A DNA stretch of 64,000 bases from Myxococcota bacterium (GTDB taxonomy: Bacteria > Myxococcota_A > Polyangia > Nannocystales > Nannocystaceae). Numbering within the stretch: position 1 is the first letter of the stretch; every line of letters begins with the position of its first letter. This document shows, piece by piece, positions 20,111-29,701 of this stretch. Position numbers and translations under genes: made by a program. The notes beneath the pieces are model-generated. The model was not told the DNA's origin, did no database searches, and worked only from the letters and a program-made list of their open reading frames with translations. Where the stretch lies: contig JBCCWC010000001.1 in the NCBI GenBank assembly GCA_039194325.1, forward strand, positions 128,001 to 192,000, read 5' to 3'.

Positions 20111-20593
20111 TCAATGCTCCGATTCGTCCATGTCCGTGGAGCGACTCCCCGGCATCGGGGGCGGCCGGAAGGTGGTCGTCCCGTGCTCCGGGGGCGGTGG
20201 GGGTATGGGCCCCAAGTCCCCGCTATTGTCGGGGAGAATGGCCTCCGCCTCCAGAGGGGGCCCCGAGTCCCGGGGGCGCTGGCGGCTGACCACGTCGTTG
20301 ACCTTCAGGATCATCTCGGGGGCCAGCTCGGTGAACTCGATGCCCATGCCCGAGGGATCGTTCTGCTGGCGAACGACCCGCCCCTGGCCTTCGATGATCA
20401 CCGGATCGTCGAGCAACACGGTGAAGCGCAGCTTGAGGATCCGCCCCAGAGGGGCCGGCGACGGGGTGTGCACAAACACCCCAAACTCGGAGAGATCGGA
20501 GATGTAGGTGGCCGAGGGCATGGTGGCGAACTCCGCGTTGATGCGAATTCGCTCGGCGCGGCGCCGTTCGCTCTCCTCGCGCTCGTCCATCAT
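20111..20593 (-). CDS. PilZ-domain protein
   Basis: ERRRAER (RxxxR) and DLSEFG (DxSxxG), GMGIEF. Confidence 0.85.
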   Translation of the reverse strand: MMDEREESERRRAERIRINAEFATMPSATYISDLSEFGVFVHTPSPAPLGRILKLRFTVLLDDPVIIEGQGRVVRQQNDPSGMGIEFTELAPEMILKVNDVVSRQRPRDSGPPLEAEAILPDNSGDLGPIPPPPPEHGTTTFRPPPMPGSRSTDMDESEH

Positions 20594-20634
20594 CGCGTAC
20601 CCGACCCGACCCTCTCGCTCGGCCCCGGTGGCCC

Positions 20635-22338
20635 CTAGGCCTCGCCCGCGGGAGAGGCCACCGCCTCGGTTGGCACCGACGCCACCTCGGGTGGAGAGGC
20701 GACCGCCTCGGTCGGCACCGACGCCTCGACCGGAGCCGTCTGGGCAGGCGAGACCGCAACCGGCGCGGCCGACTCGGCGGCCCCCTCCTCGCCTCGCCCC
20801 CGACGTCGCCGTTTGCTCGCCCGCTGGCCGGGGACCTTGCCCTTGATCTCGAATTGCTCGATATGAAAGCCCTTGCGGGCGTGGATCTCGATGGCGCGGT
20901 GGATCCGCTTGACCATGTCGTCGACCGCCGGACCTTCGGGGCCCCGCATCAGATCGGCGACCTCGGGGTTGGCGTGCACCATCACCGCGTCCCCCCCGAT
21001 CACCGCGGCATCCCGCCGGATCTGCCGCAGGATCTCGTAGGCTATTGTGCTGGCGCTCTTGGTGTAGCCCTTGCCGTTGCAGTAGCTACACGACGAGGTC
21101 ATGTGACGCCCCAGGCTCTCCTTGGTGCGCTTGCGGCTCATCTCCACCAGGCCCATCTCGGAGATCTTGGTGATGTGAGCCTTGGCCCGATCCTTGCGTA
21201 AGACCTCTTGGAGCTTGCGGTAGACCTTGCGCCGGTTGGACTCCTTGTCCATGTCGATGAAGTCGATGATCACCAGCCCGCCGAGGTTGCGCAGGCGCAG
21301 CTGATCGCCGATCTCCACCGCGGCCTCGAGGTTGGTCTTGGTGATCGTCTCCTCGAGGGTCTTGCCCTTGGCGCCCACGAACTTGCCCGTGTTGACGTCG
21401 ATGGCGGTCAGCGCCTCGCCCTGGTCGAAGACCAGCGAGCCGCCGCTGGGCAGCGAGACCTTGCGCTCCAGGGCGCGGTCGATCTCTTGCTCGATCCCGT
21501 AGCCGTCGAAGATCGGCTCGCGACCGTGGTAGAGCTCGATCTTGTCGGCGTAGTCGGGCATGAAGGTCCGCACGAAGCGGAGCAGCCGCTCGTGCTCGAC
21601 CCGGTCGTCACAGATCACCCGGTCGAGCTCGGGCGAGAGGTTGTCCCGCACGACCCGCAGCATCAGATCGAGATCGCGATAAAGCCGCACCGGCGCGCGG
21701 TGGATCTGCTCGTTGGCCTTGATGTTGGCCCACAGCCGCAGCAGGTAGTCCATGTCGGCCCGGACCTGCCCGTTGGTGGCGTTCTCGGCCACCGTACGCA
21801 CGATGAAGCCGGCCCCCTTGGGGCGCATCTGGTCGACCAGCCGCCGCAGCCGTCGACGATCGCGGTCCTTGGCGATCCGACGGGAGATCCCGATGTGGCT
21901 GACCGTGGGCATGAAGACCACGTTGCGACCGGGCAAGGAGATATAGGAGGTGATGCGGGCGCCCTTGTTGGAGATCGGGTCCTTGACGACCTGAACGAGG
22001 ATCTCCTGGCCGGGTCGGACGAGCTTCGCGATCTCGGCGGGCTTGCCGGAGCGCCGGGGGATCGAGTCGCCCACGTGGGGCTTGTCGTCCTTGCCGTTGC
22101 TCTCGTCGGGCGACGCGATGTCGCCCGCGTACAGGAATGCGGCCTTCTCCTCGCCGATATCGACGAAGGCGGCCTGCATACCGGGAAGGACCCGAAGGAC
22201 CTTCCCCTTGTACACATTGCCCACCGTTCCACGGGCCCGGTCGCGTTCCACATAGAGCTCGGAGAGGATTCCGTTCTCAATGAGCGCGACCCGGGTGTCG
22301 GGGCCGTCCGCGTTTACTACGATGACGGACTCTGGCAC
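20635..22338 (-). CDS. rng: Ribonuclease E/G family (RNase G-like)
   Basis: GNVYKGKV..PGMQAAFVDIG, AIDVNTG, LRLRNLGGLVIIDFIDM, CSYCNG. Confidence 0.92.
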   Translation of the reverse strand: MPESVIVVNADGPDTRVALIENGILSELYVERDRARGTVGNVYKGKVLRVLPGMQAAFVDIGEEKAAFLYAGDIASPDESNGKDDKPHVGDSIPRRSGKPAEIAKLVRPGQEILVQVVKDPISNKGARITSYISLPGRNVVFMPTVSHIGISRRIAKDRDRRRLRRLVDQMRPKGAGFIVRTVAENATNGQVRADMDYLLRLWANIKANEQIHRAPVRLYRDLDLMLRVVRDNLSPELDRVICDDRVEHERLLRFVRTFMPDYADKIELYHGREPIFDGYGIEQEIDRALERKVSLPSGGSLVFDQGEALTAIDVNTGKFVGAKGKTLEETITKTNLEAAVEIGDQLRLRNLGGLVIIDFIDMDKESNRRKVYRKLQEVLRKDRAKAHITKISEMGLVEMSRKRTKESLGRHMTSSCSYCNGKGYTKSASTIAYEILRQIRRDAAVIGGDAVMVHANPEVADLMRGPEGPAVDDMVKRIHRAIEIHARKGFHIEQFEIKGKVPGQRASKRRRRGRGEEGAAESAAPVAVSPAQTAPVEASVPTEAVASPPEVASVPTEAVASPAGEA

Positions 22339-22470
22339 GGTGTTGTTGTTGGGTGAGTAGAGGTCGGAGTAAGGGCCATGCGCGAAAGTAGCCCGCGAGG
22401 AGATCCCACGAGCCCTCGGCCGTAGGCGCCGCCGCTCGTCAGAGCGCGCATGGCTCGGCCCGGAGTCGGG

Positions 22471-22550
22471 CCGATGGTTCGGCGCAGTGTTCGGACCGAT
22501 GTTCGGGCCGATCGGCCCGATGTTCGGGAGAAATGTTCGGACAAATGCGG
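22471..22550. repeat. Imperfect ~12-nt direct repeats (core TGTTCGG) in a divergent intergenic region
   Basis: ccgatggttcgg cgcagtgttcgg accgatgttcgg gccgatcgg cccgatgttcgg gagaaatgttcgg. Confidence 0.7.
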
Positions 22551-22636
22551 GGTCTTCGCCAGTCCCCAGACGGGCAGGACCGACCGCGACCCGAGGTCTA
22601 GCATCGCACGAGCGCCGATGCTATGGCTGCCAAACC

Positions 22637-23809
22637 GTGGATCTACGCCCCTCGATCGCCAGTTTCTCCTTTGATGCCGCACGGTTCGAGCAACTCCGCC
22701 AGCGCGTGACCAGCGGAGAGCTCGATCCCGCGGCCAACCGGCTTTCGCGCGCCCCCACGCCCCTGGCGAAGCCCCCCGCCGACCTGCGACCCGGGGCCCC
22801 GGGGGTCTCCGAGCGTCGCGCCCGGGGTGAACAGGCCCTGCGCGCGGGCAAGGTGGCGATCTTGGTCCTCAACGGCGGCATGGCCACCCGCTTCGGCGGC
22901 GGGGCCAAGGGCGTGGTCTCGGTGGTCGAGGGCCAGCCCACGGCGAGCTTCTTGGCGGTGAAGCTAGGCCAGGTGCGCACCGCCGCCGCCGCCCTGGGTG
23001 GCCGGATCCCGGTGGTCCTCATGCACAGCTTCGCCACGCTGGGCCCCAGCGACGAGCACCTGACCCAGATCGACTGGTCGGGCGTTCACCAGGGCGACCG
23101 GGATCACTTCAGCCAGTCGATCATGCCGCGGGTCCTGCCCGACGGGACGCCGCTGGCCGACCTGCCCGAGGCGGCCGACCTGCCCGACACCTCGCTGTAC
23201 TCGGCGCCCGGTCACGGCGACACCTTGGGGCGCCTGCGCGGCAGCGGAGCCCTGGGGCGCCTGCGCGAGCGCGGCGTAGAGCACGTGCTGGTGTCCAACG
23301 TCGACAACCTCGGGGCGTCGCTCGACCCGGTGGTGGTCGGGGCCCACCTCGAGGCCGTCGACGAAGGCGCGAAGATCAGCGTGGAGGTGGTCCGGCGCGA
23401 GCCTGGTGACGCCGGGGGCTGTGTGGCCGTGCTCGAGGACGGCACCGCGGCCATCGTGGAGGCCTTCCGGCTGCCCGAAGGGGTCGACCTGGCCGACTAC
23501 CCGCACTTCAACACCAACACCTTGTGGCTTCACGCCGAGGCGGTGGACCGCGAGATCCCCCTGACCTGGTTTGCCGTGCGCAAGAAGATCGACTGGCCCG
23601 ACGCCAGCAAGACCGGCGACGACGGCAAGCTCGAGGTCGTGCAGTTCGAGCGACTGATCGGCCAGGTGACCGAGAGCCTGCCCAGCGCCTACCTCGAGGT
23701 GGATCGCCGGGCGAGGTTCTGCCCGATCAAGGTCCGCGACGACCTGCGCAAGGAAGCCCCGATGCTGGAGAGCTTCGCCCGCGACGCCGGCGTCGTGGAG
23801 GCCGGGTAA
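22637..23809 (+). CDS. UTP-glucose-1-phosphate uridylyltransferase, eukaryotic-type UDPGP family
   Basis: LNGGMATRFG..AKG, PGHGD, VSNVDNLGA, FNTNTLW, QFE, RFCPIK. GTG 22637 is the likely start. Confidence 0.85.
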   Translation: MDLRPSIASFSFDAARFEQLRQRVTSGELDPAANRLSRAPTPLAKPPADLRPGAPGVSERRARGEQALRAGKVAILVLNGGMATRFGGGAKGVVSVVEGQPTASFLAVKLGQVRTAAAALGGRIPVVLMHSFATLGPSDEHLTQIDWSGVHQGDRDHFSQSIMPRVLPDGTPLADLPEAADLPDTSLYSAPGHGDTLGRLRGSGALGRLRERGVEHVLVSNVDNLGASLDPVVVGAHLEAVDEGAKISVEVVRREPGDAGGCVAVLEDGTAAIVEAFRLPEGVDLADYPHFNTNTLWLHAEAVDREIPLTWFAVRKKIDWPDASKTGDDGKLEVVQFERLIGQVTESLPSAYLEVDRRARFCPIKVRDDLRKEAPMLESFARDAGVVEAG

Positions 23810-23827
23810 GGTAGGATCTCCAGCGCG

Positions 23828-24850
<1,023 letters not shown>

Positions 24851-24856
24851 CCGAGC

Positions 24857-25405
24857 ATGCAGATCTTTCACGAGGGCAGCCTGGAGCTACGCTTTCCCGA
24901 TGAGGCCCGGGTCCTTCGCTGGGACACCGACGTCGCGTATCAACGCGGCTTGCAACGCCGAGCCGACACCAAGGCGGTCGATTTCTGTCTGTTGACGCCC
25001 ACCGGTGAGCCCGTGCTGCTCGAGCTGTCCGATCTGCGTGGATACCGGATCGAGAACAAGGCTCACCTCGCCAGCGGCGGCATGGCCCTCGAGGTGGCCC
25101 AGAAGGTTCGCGACTCGCTATCGGGCATGATCTGGGCATGCGAGCGTGGCCTCTCCGAGTTCGACCGATTCGAACGACTGGTTCATCGGTTCGCCAACCG
25201 AGCGCAGAAGCTCCGCGTCGTGCTGTGGCTCGAGGAGGATCGCTCGGCCGATCCCGGCTCGGCCGACGCGCTCGGCTCCGCCATTCGCGGTCGGCTGCGG
25301 TCGTGGCTCAACGCCCAGGTCATCGTGACGTCGCGAGAGCTCGAGCAGCAGACCAACCATCCCCTGGACTGGCTCGAGGTGCGCGGCTCGCCTCTCGCTC
25401 CCTGA
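24857..25405 (+). CDS. Hypothetical ATPase partner with PD-(D/E)xK-like motif
   Basis: 6 nt after the ATPase stop; KAVDF...LLELSD. Confidence 0.6.
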   Translation: MQIFHEGSLELRFPDEARVLRWDTDVAYQRGLQRRADTKAVDFCLLTPTGEPVLLELSDLRGYRIENKAHLASGGMALEVAQKVRDSLSGMIWACERGLSEFDRFERLVHRFANRAQKLRVVLWLEEDRSADPGSADALGSAIRGRLRSWLNAQVIVTSRELEQQTNHPLDWLEVRGSPLAP

Positions 25406-25572
25406 CGTCCGACCGCGACCCCGGAACGACCCCCCTGGCCCGGAGTTCCGGTCCGCGTGACTGAGGGCACGTGGGCCGGCCTTCGGACGTGAGAAACCCG
25501 TGCGCCAGGCCCCCAGGTCGGCTCGGGCGAGGCCCCTTCCCCCGACCCCGGGCCTCTTGTAAGGTCCGCCCG

Positions 25573-26073
25573 ATGGCGTTCGAGTACGAGCCCGGCATCT
25601 ACAAGACCACCAAGTACCTTCCGGGGAACGAGGCGCAGGTTGGTCCCGACCAGCTCATCCTCATTCGCACCGACGGGGACTTCGCGCCGGCCTCCGTGCT
25701 GCTGCCGGTCGCCAACACCAACAACCAGTGGCGCTTCCAGATGCCGGGCGTCAAGATCCCGGCCACTTCGCTCAACTGGGGCGAAACCCTGGTCAAGCTG
25801 CCGCACGAGGGCTTCTACCGCCTGACCCGCGAGTTCACCTTCGGGGACAAAGGCAAGTGGATCGAGAACGCCATCGTCCAGCTGGGCTACACCCGCAAGG
25901 GCGAGCCGATCCTCTTCATCGCCCAGCGCCGTAGCCCGCTGACCAGCAACGAGCTGTGGTTCTCGGACAAGGGCGTGAAGATCGAGCTGGAGCAAGTCGA
26001 CGAGATGCTCCAGCCGCTGGCTTGGTACCAGGAGCCCGAGAAGAAAGACGACGCCACGTCGGAAGCGAACTAG
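25573..26073 (+). CDS. Hypothetical protein
   Basis: MAFEYEPGIYKTTKYLPG...; strong GC3 codon bias. Confidence 0.7.
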   Translation: MAFEYEPGIYKTTKYLPGNEAQVGPDQLILIRTDGDFAPASVLLPVANTNNQWRFQMPGVKIPATSLNWGETLVKLPHEGFYRLTREFTFGDKGKWIENAIVQLGYTRKGEPILFIAQRRSPLTSNELWFSDKGVKIELEQVDEMLQPLAWYQEPEKKDDATSEAN

Positions 26074-26236
26074 CGCTTCGGCTCGGGTCAGGCGGGTAAT
26101 CCAGCGCCCACGCTCGTCGCGGCCAAAGCGGCCGACGGCAACCAACCGCAACGACGGCGGGGGCTCCGCCGATCTCACGCATAGGATCGAGCGCTTGCGG
26201 CTGCGCCGCGTGGCACATTCATGCAATCATGCCCTC

Positions 26237-27088
26237 ATGCGAAGGGCTGGACGGCACCTCGGCGTGATCATGACACTGATGGTGACCGGCAGCTGCGCGC
26301 AGGGGATATCCGAAGGCACGACGAACGCCACCTTCGGGCCCGGGCCCGTCCCGACCACGGGCAGGCCAGGCACCAACGACTCCACCGGCTTCGATTTCAC
26401 CACCGGTGGCCGACCCGACGGCACCGACACGATCACCACCCGGCCGCCCGATCCGAGCACCGGGTCGACGGGCCAGGTCGACACCAGCTCGGACACGAGT
26501 GGCGAATGCGGCGACGGGGTCGCCGACCCGGGTGAAGAGTGCGACCGCGACGATCTACTCGGGCTCGGTTGTGCCGATGTCGACCCCATGTTCACCGGGG
26601 GTACCTTGTCCTGCACCGCGCGGTGCACCTTCGACACCTCGCGCTGCGGCGCGGCGCCCAATCCCATTGCGCAGTGCTCGAACCCCAATGCCCTGATTCC
26701 CGACGACGACCCCACCGGCTTGACCGACACGATCGTGCTCCCCCCCGAGTTCTTGGGCGGGACGATCACCGACGTCAACATCGAGGTCGAGCTCGACCAC
26801 ACCTTCATCGGTGACCTGGTGATCGATGTGAGCCACGCGGGAACATCGACCGTTCTCCATAATTTCTGCATCAGCGAAGACAACATCCACGTCCTCTACG
26901 ACGACCAAGCCGGGAGCGAGTTCGATTGCGGCCAATCCGACCTGGGCCTGCCGGTCCAGCCCTTCGGCACGCTCGCCGATCTGGACGACGCACGGGTCGA
27001 GACCGACTGGACCCTCTTCATCGAGGATCAGGCGCTCCAAGACGTCGGCACGCTGACCCGCTGGTGCGTGACGATCAGCTGGATGTGA
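26237..27088 (+). CDS. Lipoprotein with Cys-rich repeat and proprotein-convertase P domain
   Basis: TGSC lipobox; CGDG..EECD; DVNIEVELDHTFIGDL...WTLFIED...GTLTRWCV. Confidence 0.8.
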   Translation: MRRAGRHLGVIMTLMVTGSCAQGISEGTTNATFGPGPVPTTGRPGTNDSTGFDFTTGGRPDGTDTITTRPPDPSTGSTGQVDTSSDTSGECGDGVADPGEECDRDDLLGLGCADVDPMFTGGTLSCTARCTFDTSRCGAAPNPIAQCSNPNALIPDDDPTGLTDTIVLPPEFLGGTITDVNIEVELDHTFIGDLVIDVSHAGTSTVLHNFCISEDNIHVLYDDQAGSEFDCGQSDLGLPVQPFGTLADLDDARVETDWTLFIEDQALQDVGTLTRWCVTISWM

Positions 27089-27124
27089 GGGCGGCGGCGT
27101 GGGGGTCTTGGGCGCAGTGCTCGT

Positions 27125-28066
27125 CTAGCGATCTTCGCCAGACCATGTGTCCATGGCGTGAGCGTGGCGGGACTCGGAGGGGCTGGGCCCAGATCCTGCG
27201 CCGGACCTGGCCGCCGCTTGCACCGCGGCGAGGACCTGCTGCTGAACCTGTGGATCCTGCACCGTTCGATGCAGCCTAAAGGGCCGACATTTCGTGTTGA
27301 ACGAACCACCGGCGACGCCTTCGAGCTTTGCCGTGGTGGCGGCCCATACGCTCGAGCGCGAGGCTTTCGCGGCGCTCTTGACCCCGTCGTCGGTCATTTG
27401 CCGGGAGAACAGAGGCCACAGCGGACGCATCCACCAGGGGAGCATCGACCGGGTCATGGCGCGAGTCATCGGGGTGGACGCCCCTCCCGGATGGACGATG
27501 TTCAAGAGCACACCGCGCTCCGCGAGCCGCGGCGCGAGCGCGAGGCTCATCGCTTCCATCGCCCGCTTGGAGTGACTATAGGTCCCCAAACCGCGATAGC
27601 CCCGCTCCGCCTGGAGATCACCGAGGTCGACCCCGCCGATCGGTGCACCGCCGGTCACGTTGACCACCCGGGCGGATCCGGCTGCTTCCAAGGAAGGCAA
27701 CAGCGCGAGGGTCAACCGGTAGGGCGCCACCACGTTGACCGCAAAATGGAGCTCCACGCCGTCCTCGGTGGTCCGACGGTCGTCGGCCAGGACCCCCGCG
27801 TTGTTGATGAGCACGTCGATCCGCGGGAAGCGTCGTTGCAGGTCGGCGGCCAGCGCCAACGTCTCGGACGCCGACGCGAGATCTCCCGGCGCAAAATGTA
27901 CCTCCTCGTGACCGCTTTGCCGACGGATCTCGGCGACGGCTTCGGCGCCACGTCGAGCATCGCGACCCGTCACGACCACTCGCCACCCCTGTTGGGCCAG
28001 GGTCGTCGCGGTCTGCAGACCGATGCCTGCCGTACCTCCAGTAATCACACTCGTAGACGTCATCAT
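27125..28066 (-). CDS. SDR oxidoreductase (retinol dehydrogenase-like)
   Basis: TGGTAGIG, LINNAG, YSHSK. Confidence 0.88.
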   Translation of the reverse strand: MMTSTSVITGGTAGIGLQTATTLAQQGWRVVVTGRDARRGAEAVAEIRRQSGHEEVHFAPGDLASASETLALAADLQRRFPRIDVLINNAGVLADDRRTTEDGVELHFAVNVVAPYRLTLALLPSLEAAGSARVVNVTGGAPIGGVDLGDLQAERGYRGLGTYSHSKRAMEAMSLALAPRLAERGVLLNIVHPGGASTPMTRAMTRSMLPWWMRPLWPLFSRQMTDDGVKSAAKASRSSVWAATTAKLEGVAGGSFNTKCRPFRLHRTVQDPQVQQQVLAAVQAAARSGAGSGPSPSESRHAHAMDTWSGEDR

Positions 28067-28103
28067 GATCTCTGCCTTTCGAGGTCGCGGTCCTCACAGC
28101 CCA

Positions 28104-29117
28104 TCAGGTCCCCGGCACGGGTGCCCCCTGGATGCCCACATCGATGCTGAGCACCTCGGCCTCGAAGATCTCGTCGGACTCGCGCAGCTCGGGAGGAAGC
28201 AGCTGCGCGAACATGTTGCCGTCGGTGACGATGTAAAGGCGTGTCTGCTCGCCGGAGCGCTCGCCGAAGATCGCCGCCGTAGGCCCCCACATGCCATCCT
28301 CGCTCGTCAGTAGCGTTCGAACGTCACCCTGGGGGCTGACGACGAGCAGCGTATTGAAGGGGTGCGTCGTCGCATAGAGGTTGCCCTCGATGTCGAGCGC
28401 AAAGTCGTCGGCGGGTGCATCCACCGCGTGGACCACCGGCTCACCAGCACTGCCGTCGCCCTGGATCGGAATGCGTACGATCGTCCCTTGCGAGGGATTG
28501 GACACGTAGACCTCCCCCTCGAAGACCTTGATCCCATTGGGACCCGGGAACCCCATGTCGGGGAGCACCGCGAGCAGGTCTCCCTCGGCCCAACGCTGCG
28601 CTTCATCTGCGCCCGGGACTCGCCGCCACACCACCCCCAAGAACGAGTCGGCGACATAGAGGTTGCCCCGCGTGTCCGCGGTGATCCCATTGGGCGCCGA
28701 GCCGACCGGAAGCTCGACCTCCGTGACCAGCGTGCCGTCGGGGTCGACGCGGACGATGCCCCGGGGCGCCTCGGGGTCCTCGAACGAGCCCATCGTGCCG
28801 AAAAGCCGCCCCTCGGCGTCGAGCACCACGGTGCCGATCGCCCCCGCGGGGTATTGGGCCAGCGACCGCCGCTCGCCATCGGGCGTGATCTGGATGATGT
28901 CCCCGCCCTGCGGGCCCAGGACCGTGACGTAGGTATTGCCATCCCCGTCGCGCTCTACGCTCTCGAGGAAGCTACCCGGCTCGAAGCGCTCGAGGACCGT
29001 CGGCGCTGACGCCACCTCGGCGGGCTCCGAGCGGGTGGGCTCGGGATCACAGGCGGAGACCACGGCTGCGGTCAGGGCCAGGGAAACAGGGAGGAATGAG
29101 GACCAGCGTGGATTCAT
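28104..29117 (-). CDS. SMP-30/gluconolactonase-like beta-propeller lipoprotein
   Basis: VSAC lipobox; PNGI...GNLYVADS and DDFALD repeats. Confidence 0.8.
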   Translation of the reverse strand: MNPRWSSFLPVSLALTAAVVSACDPEPTRSEPAEVASAPTVLERFEPGSFLESVERDGDGNTYVTVLGPQGGDIIQITPDGERRSLAQYPAGAIGTVVLDAEGRLFGTMGSFEDPEAPRGIVRVDPDGTLVTEVELPVGSAPNGITADTRGNLYVADSFLGVVWRRVPGADEAQRWAEGDLLAVLPDMGFPGPNGIKVFEGEVYVSNPSQGTIVRIPIQGDGSAGEPVVHAVDAPADDFALDIEGNLYATTHPFNTLLVVSPQGDVRTLLTSEDGMWGPTAAIFGERSGEQTRLYIVTDGNMFAQLLPPELRESDEIFEAEVLSIDVGIQGAPVPGT

Positions 29118-29130
29118 GGGGTCGAAAACC

Positions 29131-29180
29131 TTGCTTGTACAAACAAATAAATGACTCAAATCCTTGCAGCGTCAAGTATT
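29131..29180. promoter_or_regulatory. Two AT-rich palindromes, candidate MarR operators
   Basis: TTGcTTGTACAAaCAA (29131-29146) and AATcCTTG-N6-CAAGtATT (29159-29180), between the divergent MarR and target genes. Confidence 0.5.
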
Positions 29181-29198
29181 TTCGAGGACACTTCGCTC

Positions 29199-29651
29199 GT
29201 GGAACCTCACGAGTGCGATCGGCTCGGCCTCGACGTCTGGCTGCGCATTTTGCAGTTTCAGCACGTGATCTCGGCGCAGCTCGAAGACGCGCTGCGCGAG
29301 ACCGGGTTACCGCTGACCTGGTACGAGGTCTTGATCCGCCTGCGGGGGGAGGCACCCATGCGCATGCAGGATCTCGCCAGCCGTCTGTTGGTGACCCAGA
29401 GCGGGGCCACCCGGCTGGTGCAGCGACTCGAGCAAGCGGGCCTGGTCGAGCGAAACGCATCCCCGGAGGACCTTCGAGGCCGGGTCGTGACGCTCACCCC
29501 GCAGGGGGCCTGTGCCATCGAAGCGGCGATCCCCGTGTTCATCGCGGCCGTGCGACGGCACATCATCGACCCTTGCACCAAGCGGGAGCTGGCCACGACC
29601 CATCGGGTCCTCGGCCGTCTCCTCGAAGCCCACGACGTAGTCCCCGAGTGA
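29199..29651 (+). CDS. MarR-family regulator
   Basis: WYEVL..L, TRLVQRLEQAGLVER, DLRG...LT.QG; GTG 29199 with a GAGGA RBS. Confidence 0.88.
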   Translation: MEPHECDRLGLDVWLRILQFQHVISAQLEDALRETGLPLTWYEVLIRLRGEAPMRMQDLASRLLVTQSGATRLVQRLEQAGLVERNASPEDLRGRVVTLTPQGACAIEAAIPVFIAAVRRHIIDPCTKRELATTHRVLGRLLEAHDVVPE

Positions 29652-29701
29652 CCCTTTGTCATGCCCGGGCCGGAGCCGGGATGTCCGAAGCGATCCCGGG
29701 C

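Noticed and set aside
20640..20730. 42-nt duplication in the RNase G C-terminal tail
   Set aside because: Ordinary repeat expansion in a disordered tail.
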